Positions 1 to 9,195 are shown, counted from the first letter of the stretch. The stretch: 40,118 bases of DNA from Bdellovibrionales bacterium (GCA_031426555.1 JANPLN010000072.1:1-40118); one strand, 5' to 3'. Notes: generated by a model from the letters alone, not told the origin. Translations and numbers: made by a program.

Positions 1-2497
1 CCTTGAGGATGCCCATCGCCAAATTATCCCGATGGCTGACAACATATTGGTCAAGGTTGTCGATCGCAGGTGCGGCCCCAAAGATGCTGTAGGGTTTCAT
101 CTCTCCGTCCTCATACATAAAAATATTTTTTGTATGGGGATCGATCGATGCGTAACGGACCCATTCGTTTTTGACCCATTCGAAAGTGGCGGGATTGCGT
201 CGCACAGCTTGAAGGGCCACCGGGGCGGAGTGCTCAGCAACTACCAGGAGCCGAATGGGATCGTGCACTTCGATCATTTGGCTTGGTAAACCCGGAAGCA
301 AATCGCCGTCGATGCCATTGGCAACGCCAAATAAACCCATCACATTGTGTGGTAGCTTGGTTCCCGCTCCTAGCTTTTGATTATCCACTTTCGAAAAATA
401 GTATTCGAGATTAATTCCACCGCAGACTGGTACGGCCGCGTTGAGAATTTTGGTTAAAATTTCGCCGTCGGGATCTAAACTGGCGTCGTAGGAATTTAAA
501 AAAGCCCGACGATCTAAAAAGATATTTTTGGTAAGAGCTCGCCGACCAACAATACAAAGAGTGTTCGTCGCATGATTCAGCTCGGGTCGAGGCTCAAACA
601 GAGATACGGACCGGATTTTTACCTGCTCACTTGCCCGTTTCGCCGAAGTACTTAATGGCGTGTTTAAGAAACGTCGGCTTCGCTCTTTGGCATTGAGAAC
701 AAGTGCCTGCTCAAAGAATTTTAAATTGTTTTGATGTTTAGTCATAAAATCTGGCGGCCACTGTTTTTCTTCAAAAAATTCAATCTCGTCGCGAGTGGTG
801 TCATGCAAGGCCCCAAGGAACAAGGTGGTGCGAGGAATCTCAAGTCCCCGTAATCGGAGTTCCTCGCGCACTTTTTCGTGATTTGCCATGTGGGCAAAGA
901 CGCGCGCGTTGACCGAGCCAGGGCGACCGCAGCAGGCGCCACAATCATAGGCAGCGTAATGGGGATTGTTGTTACTGCTCGAACCATGACCGACCAGGTA
1001 AACAAGATCGGCAAAATCTTTAGTCAAACCAATGCTTAACAACATATTGTAAACGCGATCGGTCATCTCTGTAATAGTGAAACCAATCTGTAACCCTCTT
1101 TCATGCTGATGGCTGTGTTCATTTTCCACAGTCAGTTCCGAAATTTTATCCATGTGTCTCAACGATGTAGCGGTGGCTGGCGACAGTGAGGGTCTAAAGA
1201 TGTTTATAAACAACTGCACGGCGGACCAAAACCCCAGGGTCTGGGAGATCAGCCATCCCCCTAGAAAGGAATGACTGATGGGTTCAAGGTGAAGATCGCG
1301 CTTTCTTTTCAACGAGGTCCGGCTTTGTTTGATCAAGTGTTTTGGAAATACAGGGGCTGGACAAAGTTTTGTAACATGAAAACTGTTTTCCGGTTGATAG
1401 TAAAATTCCACTCCAAAAAAACCAGGAGTTCCAAAAGTTTCAATGCCCGAGTTCTGTTTTTCCAGATAGGTGCGGTAAGAGCTTTCTCGATCATCGATGC
1501 AAAAGGTCGCCTGAAAAAGCGGTTCTTCGGGCGGGGACTGCGTGGGGGCTTGATGCAAAGTTGTCAGGCAGCCCCGATAATAGGTGGCCTCGTACGCATC
1601 CTGCCAGCACGATAAAATTTTAAAACTATCGGAAATCTCTGAGGGAACAAGAATCTGTTCAAGCGCTGGTCCATGAAATACATCTGAAAGCGGTTGGCGC
1701 GACTCGCCGAGGTAATAATCCAGCGCATCCAGTTCAATGAGTGACTCAAAAAGAACGAGATCGTGAAAATTTATTTTACGTTTTTCGAGCAGCGAATCGG
1801 GTTGGTCCTCCAGATAACAAATCAGGCCCGACCAGCCGGGGTGGGACCACTGCTGGTCAAAAATATAATGGGCCCAAAGGGAGGGGGCGCCCACAATCAA
1901 GGCCAGTACATCTTCGATCTGAGTTTTTGGATCGGCCAAAAGTTTTCTGGCTCGCGATGTCCTGTGCGAAAAAATCGAAACCCAGGAGGATTGGTCCAAC
2001 TCGCGCATCGCTTGTAAAAAATCGATGTGCCGCAGCGGGAAAGGAGATGAGGCAATTCCTTGATCTAAGAAAGAACATAGAATGCGGAACAATGGCGAAT
2101 GGGTTTTTCCGTCAAGATCCAGCGAAAACTCAGATTTCCACAAACTTCGTAGCAGAGCCAAATGGCTGATTCGCGGGTCTGTTGTTTTTTGAACAAACAT
2201 TTTATTTCGTTGGACCGTAACATTTTGTTGAGGCCACTCTTTCATTATACAGCCATCTAAAATAACAGGATCAATCTCGCCTTTTTTGTAAAGATCAATA
2301 TATTCGGGAAGCGTGAGGTAGGTATTCGTCTCTAGCAAGCTTGAAGCGTGCGCCAACCCTTGATGAAAAGAAAGGTGCTGAAACGCATGCAGAGTGTTGT
2401 GATGGATAAAGTCTTTCAAGGGTCCTTGCGAGGGCAGGAGATGCTTTAGCAAATGAAGCGTTTTTACGATCGCGCTTTCGGTGGTAGACGATTCCAT
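1..2497 (-). CDS. dabA: DUF2309 / DabA inorganic carbon transporter subunit (beta-carbonic-anhydrase-like); 3' end lies just off the window
   Basis: Absent from the ORF track because there is no stop in the window. Manual translation gives MESSTTESAIVKTLHLLKHLLPSQGPLKDFIHHNTLHAFQ...LFRILCSFLDQG...FCIDDRESSYR...LVGHGSSSNNNPHYAAYDCGACCGRPGSVNAR...EVHDPIRLL, all in one frame, with the C/D/H/C Zn-ligand motifs of DUF2309. GGGAG RBS precedes ATG 2497; an alternative ATG at 2512 overlaps the upstream stop. Confidence 0.93.
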   Translation of the reverse strand, partial: MESSTTESAIVKTLHLLKHLLPSQGPLKDFIHHNTLHAFQHLSFHQGLAHASSLLETNTYLTLPEYIDLYKKGEIDPVILDGCIMKEWPQQNVTVQRNKMFVQKTTDPRISHLALLRSLWKSEFSLDLDGKTHSPLFRILCSFLDQGIASSPFPLRHIDFLQAMRELDQSSWVSIFSHRTSRARKLLADPKTQIEDVLALIVGAPSLWAHYIFDQQWSHPGWSGLICYLEDQPDSLLEKRKINFHDLVLFESLIELDALDYYLGESRQPLSDVFHGPALEQILVPSEISDSFKILSCWQDAYEATYYRGCLTTLHQAPTQSPPEEPLFQATFCIDDRESSYRTYLEKQNSGIETFGTPGFFGVEFYYQPENSFHVTKLCPAPVFPKHLIKQSRTSLKRKRDLHLEPISHSFLGGWLISQTLGFWSAVQLFINIFRPSLSPATATSLRHMDKISELTVENEHSHQHERGLQIGFTITEMTDRVYNMLLSIGLTKDFADLVYLVGHGSSSNNNPHYAAYDCGACCGRPGSVNARVFAHMANHEKVREELRLRGLEIPRTTLFLGALHDTTRDEIEFFEEKQWPPDFMTKHQNNLKFFEQALVLNAKERSRRFLNTPLSTSAKRASEQVKIRSVSLFEPRPELNHATNTLCIVGRRALTKNIFLDRRAFLNSYDASLDPDGEILTKILNAAVPVCGGINLEYYFSKVDNQKLGAGTKLPHNVMGLFGVANGIDGDLLPGLPSQMIEVHDPIRLLVVAEHSAPVALQAVRRNPATFEWVKNEWVRYASIDPHTKNIFMYEDGEMKPYSIFGAAPAIDNLDQYVVSHRDNLAMGILK

Positions 2498-2508
2498 TGA
2501 TGCTCCCA

Positions 2509-3684
2509 TCATAAATCCAGTTTGAGGCCAATTTCAAAAATTTGGGCAGTTCGGAAAGATGAAAACCGACTTTGATCGGCGGCATCGAGTTTGTGTTCGG
2601 TGTAAAGAAAAGCTGTTTCAATAAAAGTCGTCAGTTTTTTTCTGAGAAGATACTCATATCCGAGGCGCGCAGTTCCGTTTTGCACAATTCCGTAGCCTGT
2701 GGAGGTGCCGCCTGTGAGATTAAAAGTGGGACGGCCGGCAATGAGGCTGTACGCCGGAGACAGGTTTTGCGCATTGAGTACCTTTGCATACCCCAAACCA
2801 TAAAAAATGCGATGCCTATCGGCCAGTTTACGTCGAGCGGTGATAAAGGCCCCAGCCTCCTCGAGTTTTAAAAGATTGGCCGAATAAGACAGACCTTGAA
2901 GACTTAAATTCTCTACATTGTGGCCATAGTAGCTTTCAAAGTTGAGCTCATCATTATCGTCTTTAAACTGCGCGAAGACATTCAAAGCAAAGGGTGTTTG
3001 CGAGCGCACTTTGCTTGGCAACTCCAAGTGGCCGATAATTCCCGAGGCACCATAGGTCCAATGATCCTGAGTAACTGTTTCGCGAAGGCTGAGAGTTGGC
3101 CACCTGGATAGTTCGGGCGTCGACTCCTGTGTTTGATTGTTAAAAGTAGGAAAACCGACGGCGACACCATGCTCCAAGCTTCCATCTTTATAAAGTGCCT
3201 GTGCCTGCAAACGCATAAAGCCCAAATCGCCAGATAGGAAATAATGTCCAATATAATTGTAGGTGGTGGGCGCTAGTGGCGAAAATAAATCCCACTGCTG
3301 CCCGACGTGAAACGTCCACGCGTCCTGTGCCCATGATACCTTGGCTTGGCGAAGGCGTGGCGCGGATGCCACGGCGGGTGTGGATTTATTAAGGTCGACA
3401 AAATCAAATTCAAAAAGCGCCTCGATATTTTCTTCGAGATGTGCTTTTAAACCCAGACGGGACTGTTGAACCTGGAAGGACTGGCTCGTGCGGCTGGGAT
3501 AGCCCGCTAAAACGGGATTCGCAGCCGAGTTGTAGGCTACCAAATTATTTCGCCCTAAAGAGTCCACACCATTTATAGCTAAAGTAGAATTTGCTAACAA
3601 GAATCCGTAGAGTTCCAGTTTTTCAAAATCTGCGCTCGCATTTCCGCAATGTAAAACTAGAAAAATAAAATAAACTTTCTTCAT
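2509..3684 (-). CDS. Outer-membrane beta-barrel porin, DcaP-like
   Basis: Signal peptide, then QSRLGL, EFDF, PRLRQA and GQQWDLF motifs resembling the DcaP family; amphipathic beta strands at the C-terminus (EIGLKLDL). Confidence 0.7.
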   Translation of the reverse strand: MKKVYFIFLVLHCGNASADFEKLELYGFLLANSTLAINGVDSLGRNNLVAYNSAANPVLAGYPSRTSQSFQVQQSRLGLKAHLEENIEALFEFDFVDLNKSTPAVASAPRLRQAKVSWAQDAWTFHVGQQWDLFSPLAPTTYNYIGHYFLSGDLGFMRLQAQALYKDGSLEHGVAVGFPTFNNQTQESTPELSRWPTLSLRETVTQDHWTYGASGIIGHLELPSKVRSQTPFALNVFAQFKDDNDELNFESYYGHNVENLSLQGLSYSANLLKLEEAGAFITARRKLADRHRIFYGLGYAKVLNAQNLSPAYSLIAGRPTFNLTGGTSTGYGIVQNGTARLGYEYLLRKKLTTFIETAFLYTEHKLDAADQSRFSSFRTAQIFEIGLKLDL

Positions 3685-3711
3685 AAAACCTCGCTTGGAA
3701 CTAGAGTCCGA

Positions 3712-5262
3712 CTAATGAGAATCGTTTGAGAGGGGAAACTGAATATTCTTAAAGACCAAAACCTTTTTTGCGTCTAAAGCTTTTTTCTCCAGGTTCGACA
3801 GCAATTCTTTAGAGGTGGTGTCGACAAACAGCCCTGGCGTAAATTCTACACTCACCATCCGAGAGGTACAGTTATCGATCACTTTTTTTAGGGCCAACAT
3901 ATTTGTAAACACGCAGGGAGTTTTAACAGAAATGATTGTATGTTCCCCACTTTCTTTGGTGTTCGTTCTCATTTTAAACAAACACATCGGTTTTTTTACT
4001 TGCCACGCATTGAGCAACAACTCTAGCGCTGTACCCGTAAATATCCCAACAAGTAGGTCGGTGGATAGCGTTGTTAGAACGGTCACTAAAAATACAAAGA
4101 TCTGTTTTTGACCGGATCTGTAAATAGCAAGCAATTGAAGCGGGTTTGCAAGACGATATCCCACAAAAATTAACACCGCCGCAAAAGCAGTTAGAGGAAT
4201 TTTGCTTAAAAACTGAGGAAACAGCAAAATAAATACAAGAATAAAAAACCCATGTAAGAGATTAGAAAAGCGGTTTGTGGCTCCACTTGAAACATTTGCC
4301 GTACTTCTGACAATTTCCGAAATGATGGGCAACCCACCAATGAAACCAAGCAGGACGTTGCTTGCACCTTTTGAGATTAAATCTTTATTTAAGTCGGAGG
4401 TTCTTTTAAGTGGGTCCAATTTGTCAACGGCATACGTGCTGAGTAAGGACTCAATCGAGGCTACCAAGGCAATGGTGATGACTGCTTGGATAAAATGCGA
4501 GGAACCGAGGTTTTCAAAAAGTGGCGCATTGAAGTAGCCTGAAAAATTGCTGGGAATGGAAAGTAAAAATTCGGGTCCCACATGGTAGTCATGATTAAAG
4601 ATATTTACGAAATGTGAATGCTCGATGTCCGCGACCAAGCTTAGTGCGTACCCAGCGATCACGGCAAAGAGTGCCGGTGGAATTATTTTTTTGATGGCTT
4701 GAATTTGGTTGATTACAATAACGAGCGCAAGGCAAAGAAGTCCAATTCCTAAGATCACATAATTATCGTCAAGGATTCTCGAAGGCAGCTCTATAATTTG
4801 TCCCATTAGGTTTTTTGATTGGGGTTTGATACCCCCAAGAACATAGAGTTGCTTTGTTATAATGGTGACTCCGATAGACGCCATCATCCCGTGAAGCGCG
4901 TTGATTGGCACAGCCAACCCAATGGTTCCGAGTCGTAAAACACCCATTAAAATTTGTAAAACGCCAGCAATAATTGTGGCGGCGAGGGTCAGTTGAAAAC
5001 CCCGAAGTGCGTCTCCCTGTCCGAGCGAATTGATACATTCCAAAACAACTACGATCAGTCCTGCTGCAGGACCGCTAATTGTAACATAACTGCCGCTAAT
5101 TAAAGAGGCCACGAATCCGCCGATGATCGCAGACAGTAGCCCTGCCGTCGGTGGGGCACCTGATGCCACGCTTATGCCAATAGATAAAGGGAGTGCGATT
5201 AAAAAAACAGTAAAACCAGCAATTAAATTATTTTGAAAGTCCCAATCCTTGAAAGAATACAT
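3712..5262 (-). CDS. SulP/SLC26 family anion (likely bicarbonate) transporter
   Basis: AGFTVFLIALPLSIGISVASG, ISGPAAGL and GGLPIISEIVRSTAN motifs; short STAS-like C-terminus. Start placed at ATG 5262 (GAGG RBS); the ORF is open to 5301. Confidence 0.92.
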   Translation of the reverse strand: MYSFKDWDFQNNLIAGFTVFLIALPLSIGISVASGAPPTAGLLSAIIGGFVASLISGSYVTISGPAAGLIVVVLECINSLGQGDALRGFQLTLAATIIAGVLQILMGVLRLGTIGLAVPINALHGMMASIGVTIITKQLYVLGGIKPQSKNLMGQIIELPSRILDDNYVILGIGLLCLALVIVINQIQAIKKIIPPALFAVIAGYALSLVADIEHSHFVNIFNHDYHVGPEFLLSIPSNFSGYFNAPLFENLGSSHFIQAVITIALVASIESLLSTYAVDKLDPLKRTSDLNKDLISKGASNVLLGFIGGLPIISEIVRSTANVSSGATNRFSNLLHGFFILVFILLFPQFLSKIPLTAFAAVLIFVGYRLANPLQLLAIYRSGQKQIFVFLVTVLTTLSTDLLVGIFTGTALELLLNAWQVKKPMCLFKMRTNTKESGEHTIISVKTPCVFTNMLALKKVIDNCTSRMVSVEFTPGLFVDTTSKELLSNLEKKALDAKKVLVFKNIQFPLSNDSH

Positions 5263-5319
5263 GACGGCCTCGCTCGATGAGAGAATAGGTGGAATCAACA
5301 ATGTAAACAGAGATGGCGA

Positions 5320-5682
5320 TTAGGCGGCGATGGGCGGGCTTGTGGTCAGGAGAGAATAATAGGAGAGGAATGAATTCAAAAAGAAGGCATGAAAATCAGT
5401 ATAATTAAAAAGCTCGTTGGATAGAGCCGGTCTAAATATGAGTGAAAAAATGACCTCAGTCGATGGTCCGTCCTCGGGCTCCTGCTCCTCGATTTCGCTT
5501 TCGATGTTGATATCAAAAACGTCTTTGGGGTTACGTGGTGTAGAGTTAAAACATGCAGTATTTTGCAATTTTTGAGAGGAAAATCCGAACGATCGTAAAG
5601 AAGACGAATCAGCTGAAAAAGCCTGCGGGAGTGCTAAGAAAAGAAAAAAGTTAAAAAATAAAATCCATTTCACAAGTTTCAT
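5320..5682 (-). CDS. Hypothetical exported protein ending in TTSPP; possible leader/arrest peptide
   Basis: 120 aa with an N-terminal signal peptide, acidic middle and C-terminal SLLTTSPPIAA, directly upstream of sulP on the same strand. Confidence 0.65.
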   Translation of the reverse strand: MKLVKWILFFNFFLFLALPQAFSADSSSLRSFGFSSQKLQNTACFNSTPRNPKDVFDINIESEIEEQEPEDGPSTEVIFSLIFRPALSNELFNYTDFHAFFLNSFLSYYSLLTTSPPIAA

Positions 5683-5956
5683 TGATAGTCTTCTTTTCGG
5701 TAAAACACAATTCTATATTAAGGTAATTCCAAGACATCGTCCAGCCTGCGATTCAATTTGGACCAGGCCACCGTAAAGATAACCCAGGCTGCTTTCATCC
5801 CCATTGTAGTCGGATACACGCTAAGAACACAGGCTTTCGTCGTCTGATTAGATTCCAACTGTTGCTACATACGAAGACTCGCGGTCGTCCTGCAAGGGAT
5901 AGACATGTTCGAGTTCTGGACCCCATTGGTCTAAACTTTTAAATATCGACATTTGA

Positions 5957-6334
5957 CTACGTTTTGAGTTTATGAATAGCTTTTTCAATTTCAACAATGG
6001 TACCTGAGCAAAAACTTTTTGAATTTGAATCAGTTTTTATGGAGGCGATGATCGGTTTTCGAATCTCGTCCAATTCTTTATCATAAAGCGATACGTTGTA
6101 GAAAAAATCAAAGAACCAAAATTCAACATCAGGCGGCAAATCCTCAATGTTCGAGTTCTTATACTCTAGAACTTGTTCCAGTTTTATTCTTAACTCGTCG
6201 CGAGTCATTTTGTTTCGAACCAAAAATTTTCCGCCAAAGAATTTTTCATCCAGGTTCATGGCGATGATCCATAAAATCACAAAGCCTAAAATTGAAAGTC
6301 CGATAATCGACCACATATAAGTGAACGGTACCAA
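5957..6334 (-). CDS. Hypothetical protein with an N-terminal transmembrane helix
   Basis: 125-aa ORF with a hydrophobic N-terminus; no recognised motif; start uncertain. Confidence 0.55.
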   Translation of the reverse strand: MVPFTYMWSIIGLSILGFVILWIIAMNLDEKFFGGKFLVRNKMTRDELRIKLEQVLEYKNSNIEDLPPDVEFWFFDFFYNVSLYDKELDEIRKPIIASIKTDSNSKSFCSGTIVEIEKAIHKLKT

Positions 6335-6388
6335 ACTAGTCGTTGAGGCGTCTAGGTCGTTTGCAATCGCGGTTGGTCGGAGGTTTAT

Positions 6389-6718
6389 ATGAAAACGTTT
6401 AGAACGCTGGATTTGGCAATTGAGTTTTATGGGAAAGTTGAAGAGCAGAAGATGACTGGGAATTTGCGAGACCAGCTGTTGAGGGCGGCTTCGTCGATTT
6501 CGCTGAATTTGTCTGAGGGGAATGCAAAGTCGTCAGTTAAGGAGAAGAAGCGGTTTTATCAGATTGCATATGCGTCTCTGAAAGAGTGCCAAACTATCTT
6601 AAAGCTGTCGAAAATTGCGGATACAGAAATTATTCAAATGGCTGATCATTTGGGGGCAAGCGTCTACAAGTTGATGAAATCCGAGATAACGACCATTCAG
6701 TATTCGGAATACAGTTAA
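6389..6718 (+). CDS. Four helix bundle protein (23S rRNA IVP / bAvd-like)
   Basis: LRDQLLRAASSISLNLSEG...RFYQIAYASLKECQ family signature; GGAGG RBS. Confidence 0.9.
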   Translation: MKTFRTLDLAIEFYGKVEEQKMTGNLRDQLLRAASSISLNLSEGNAKSSVKEKKRFYQIAYASLKECQTILKLSKIADTEIIQMADHLGASVYKLMKSEITTIQYSEYS

Positions 6719-6739
6719 CAGTATTCTGAATACTGTATT
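6698..6739. repeat. Six degenerate 7-nt tandem units forming nested palindromes
   Basis: CAGTATT CGGAATA CAGTTAA CAGTATT CTGAATA CTGTATT; includes the inverted repeat ACAGTATTC-T-GAATACTGT (6718-6736). Confidence 0.75.
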
Positions 6740-6746
6740 TGAGGAG

Positions 6747-6822
6747 TGGATGGGGTACCAGGACTCGAACCTGGGAATGATAGAATCAAAATCTATTGCC
6801 TTACCAACTTGGCGATACCCCA
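6747..6822 (-). tRNA. tRNA-Gln(TTG)
   Basis: TGGGGTATCGCCAAGTTGGTAAGGCAATAGATTTTGATTCTATCATTCCCAGGTTCGAGTCCTGGTACCCCATCCA: 7-bp acceptor stem, ATAGA/TCTAT anticodon stem around TTG, GTTCGA T-loop, encoded CCA. Confidence 0.97.
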
Positions 6823-6841
6823 ACAAATTATTGGAAACCAA

Positions 6842-6870
6842 AAGTTAGATAATAACCCGATTAAAATCAA
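6842..6870 (-). promoter_or_regulatory. Possible sigma70-type promoter for tRNA-Gln
   Basis: TTGATT-N17-TAACTT about 20 nt upstream of the tRNA; the -10 match is weak. Confidence 0.3.
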
Positions 6871-6915
6871 GAAGTTCTCGGAAGATGCGTACAAATTGGT
6901 CTAATGACGCAATGA

Positions 6916-8433
6916 TTAAAAGAGCGAGCGACAAGTGAGTGCCGTGCTGGTGCCTGCAAGCGGGGGAAGCTCGAAGAAGCGGTGCGGGTCGTGCTTCCTG
7001 AGGAGGGCTTCTCCTTCCGTAGGCGACAGCAGCGCAAGCTGCCCTGCCAGGTGGCCGCCGAAGAGGGACATTCCTCCCCCGTAGCCCTGCGAGCCCACAG
7101 TCATGATCACGCGCAGGTCGTAAACATTGTTGTGGGTGACGTAACTTAAAAATGGAAGGCGAAGAGGTGTAAAACCAAAGACGCCGGTCCATGTGCTGGA
7201 GACTAACCAGCGTTTTAATCCTGGAAAGCGAAACGCTGTTTGTGCCACAATCACATCGAACATCTCTTTTGAAAGCGGAGGGGCGTCGGCATCATCCACC
7301 AAACGATCGGGTCCACCGCCGACAAGATACATGGCGCGTTCAACGCCGTCGGCGTCCACATACTTTGTGGCCTTTGGTGGGTTTCCGTATAAATCACCAT
7401 CGCGTTCGGTGAGCGTCCAACCGGTTTTGATCAGCGGCACTTCTTTGGCTGACACACCGTCGTAGGTGACTACTTGGCTTTGAAATGGAAACACAAGGTC
7501 TTTCATTTCAGGAATCATTTTTGCTGTGTAGGCATCGGTGGCCACAATTACTCTTTTAGCTAAAATCGGACCGCGCTCGGTGTGCACAAGAACGGGTTTG
7601 TTCAGCGGAGTACTCCAGTCGATTTTGGTTACGCGCGTTTGCGTGTAGAGCAGAACACCTTTTTTAAGAAGCTGTTCAAAAAGTTGAGTCGCAAATTTAT
7701 AGGGATGGTAATTTCCGTAGCCGGGTGTGAAGCGGCCGCCGAACTCGGTTTGAATGCCCGTAAGCCGCGTGATTTTTTCAGGCGACCAAAGTTCCATGTT
7801 GATGCCAACGCTTTTCGCGCGATCCACGTCTTCGATAAAATCCAATTCTTCTTGATGGGAGTTTGCAAGTCGCATCCAGCCTGCATCTGAAATGTCGGGA
7901 TCTAGATTGTAGTTTGCGATGATGGATTTAAAAAGTTTACCGTTCTCACTGCCAAACAGCAAGAGAGTCATGGCTTGGGCTTCCGCCATTTGGCGCAATT
8001 CTTTTTCGCTGAGCGAAGGATAGTTTTCTTTGCTGCGCTTATATCTCTCCTCAAGCAAACCTTCGTACTTATCAATAAAATTTTCGGGCATGGGCTGAAA
8101 ATTTCCGCCGTTATGGCCAGTGGCGCCCTCGGCCACACCGCGGGAGTCCACCACGGCGATTTTTAATTTGTTTGCCTGGCTTGAGAGTTGTTCTGCGGCA
8201 CCAAGCCCTCCAAGGCCCGAGCCAATGATGAGCACATCCACCAATGTGGGGAGTTGCGGTGTGGATTGATAGTTGTTTAAAACGGGATGGGGGTTTTTAA
8301 GCCAATGGGAGATTCCCTCCGTTGGCATCACCTGTTCGTTTGAATGTAAATCTGGTCCCGCGAAAGCGCAGTTGAAGACTAGCAAAAAAACTAAAAGCAA
8401 AAGATTTCCCCTCGTGAAACCAACAAAAACCAT
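6916..8433 (-). CDS. FAD-dependent oxidoreductase (DAO / glycine oxidase-like) with predicted signal peptide
   Basis: DVLIIGSGLGG Rossmann motif, GATGHNGG, VIVATDAY, WTGVFGFT. Confidence 0.88.
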   Translation of the reverse strand: MVFVGFTRGNLLLLVFLLVFNCAFAGPDLHSNEQVMPTEGISHWLKNPHPVLNNYQSTPQLPTLVDVLIIGSGLGGLGAAEQLSSQANKLKIAVVDSRGVAEGATGHNGGNFQPMPENFIDKYEGLLEERYKRSKENYPSLSEKELRQMAEAQAMTLLLFGSENGKLFKSIIANYNLDPDISDAGWMRLANSHQEELDFIEDVDRAKSVGINMELWSPEKITRLTGIQTEFGGRFTPGYGNYHPYKFATQLFEQLLKKGVLLYTQTRVTKIDWSTPLNKPVLVHTERGPILAKRVIVATDAYTAKMIPEMKDLVFPFQSQVVTYDGVSAKEVPLIKTGWTLTERDGDLYGNPPKATKYVDADGVERAMYLVGGGPDRLVDDADAPPLSKEMFDVIVAQTAFRFPGLKRWLVSSTWTGVFGFTPLRLPFLSYVTHNNVYDLRVIMTVGSQGYGGGMSLFGGHLAGQLALLSPTEGEALLRKHDPHRFFELPPLAGTSTALTCRSLF

Positions 8434-8486
8434 GCTTTTGTAGGCCCTACAAGAGTAAAAAAGGCGGCGATATTAATCTGAAAAAT

Positions 8487-8783
8487 TTACCCTAAGCGCT
8501 TGTTGATTTCGTCGATGGACTGACCCATGGACTCCACTTCTTTTTTGTAAGCATCAAAAACCATGTTTTCGATCTTCTCGCGAGTCTCTTGGTTGAGCGG
8601 GTGGGCGATATCGCGGAACTGCCCATCTTTGCGCTTCTTGCTGGGCATGGCCACAAATAAACCTTCGTGACCGAGGATGACTTTGAGGTCGCGAATCACA
8701 AAACAATTATCAATTGTAATGGTGGCGTAGGCTTTGAGGCGATCCTCGTTAACGGGATAGACTTTTACTTCTGTGATTTCCAT
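8487..8783 (-). CDS. spoVG: Septation regulator SpoVG
   Basis: MEITEVKVY...LKAYATITIDNCFVIRDLKVI...GLFVAMPSKK...FRDIAHPLN; GGAGAG RBS before ATG 8783. Confidence 0.96.
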   Translation of the reverse strand: MEITEVKVYPVNEDRLKAYATITIDNCFVIRDLKVILGHEGLFVAMPSKKRKDGQFRDIAHPLNQETREKIENMVFDAYKKEVESMGQSIDEINKRLG

Positions 8784-8901
8784 CGTGCTCTCCAATGTTG
8801 ATCTCTATTGTTGTTCCACCTAGCTTAACGGCCAGATACGAACCAGACTTTAGGACATATTGGAACGATGTGGGTAAATGCGGGAAATCACCATTCAGCT
8901 T

Positions 8902-8916
8902 GTCTCAAAGTGAGAC
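8902..8916. promoter_or_regulatory. Palindromic GTCTCA-N3-TGAGAC motif upstream of spoVG
   Basis: Perfect GTCTCAAAGTGAGAC; near-copies at 18012-18026 and 21162-21189. Confidence 0.5.
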
Positions 8917-8937
8917 GTGCTTAAAAGTTGTACATTA

Positions 8938-9195
8938 TTATTTAGAAAGTTCCACGTACTTCATACGAAGGTCAGCGATGAGATTGTTTAAAAAATCGCT
9001 TTCTTCTTTCTGAAGATTGTTCTTCGTTTTTTCCTGTAGCACATCAAGCAGGTCGATGTTAAATCGCGCCATGGTTAAGTCAGTTTCGGTTTTGCCAGTC
9101 TGAGGATGTGGGGCCAACCCCAGGCCCATTGCTGCCGTCGAGCCGATGGAAAGGATCAGAGTTGAAAACGAAGCTTCCACTTTTTGCTGGCTCAT
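8938..9195 (-). CDS. DUF1844 domain protein
   Basis: FSTLILSIGSTA...ARFNIDLLDVLQEKTKNNL...LRMKYVE; AAGGAG RBS. Confidence 0.88.
   Translation of the reverse strand: MSQQKVEASFSTLILSIGSTAAMGLGLAPHPQTGKTETDLTMARFNIDLLDVLQEKTKNNLQKEESDFLNNLIADLRMKYVELSK

Noticed and set aside
32..2621. Short ORFs listed in the track over the first 2.6 kb
   Set aside because: Shadow ORFs of dabA, which the track missed because it has no stop in the window.
5700..5950. Possible small ORF or pseudogene upstream of the leader gene
   Set aside because: Only short frames with no recognisable homology.
6389..6718. Diversity-generating retroelement suggested by the Avd-like protein
   Set aside because: No reverse transcriptase and no TR/VR pair seen in the window.
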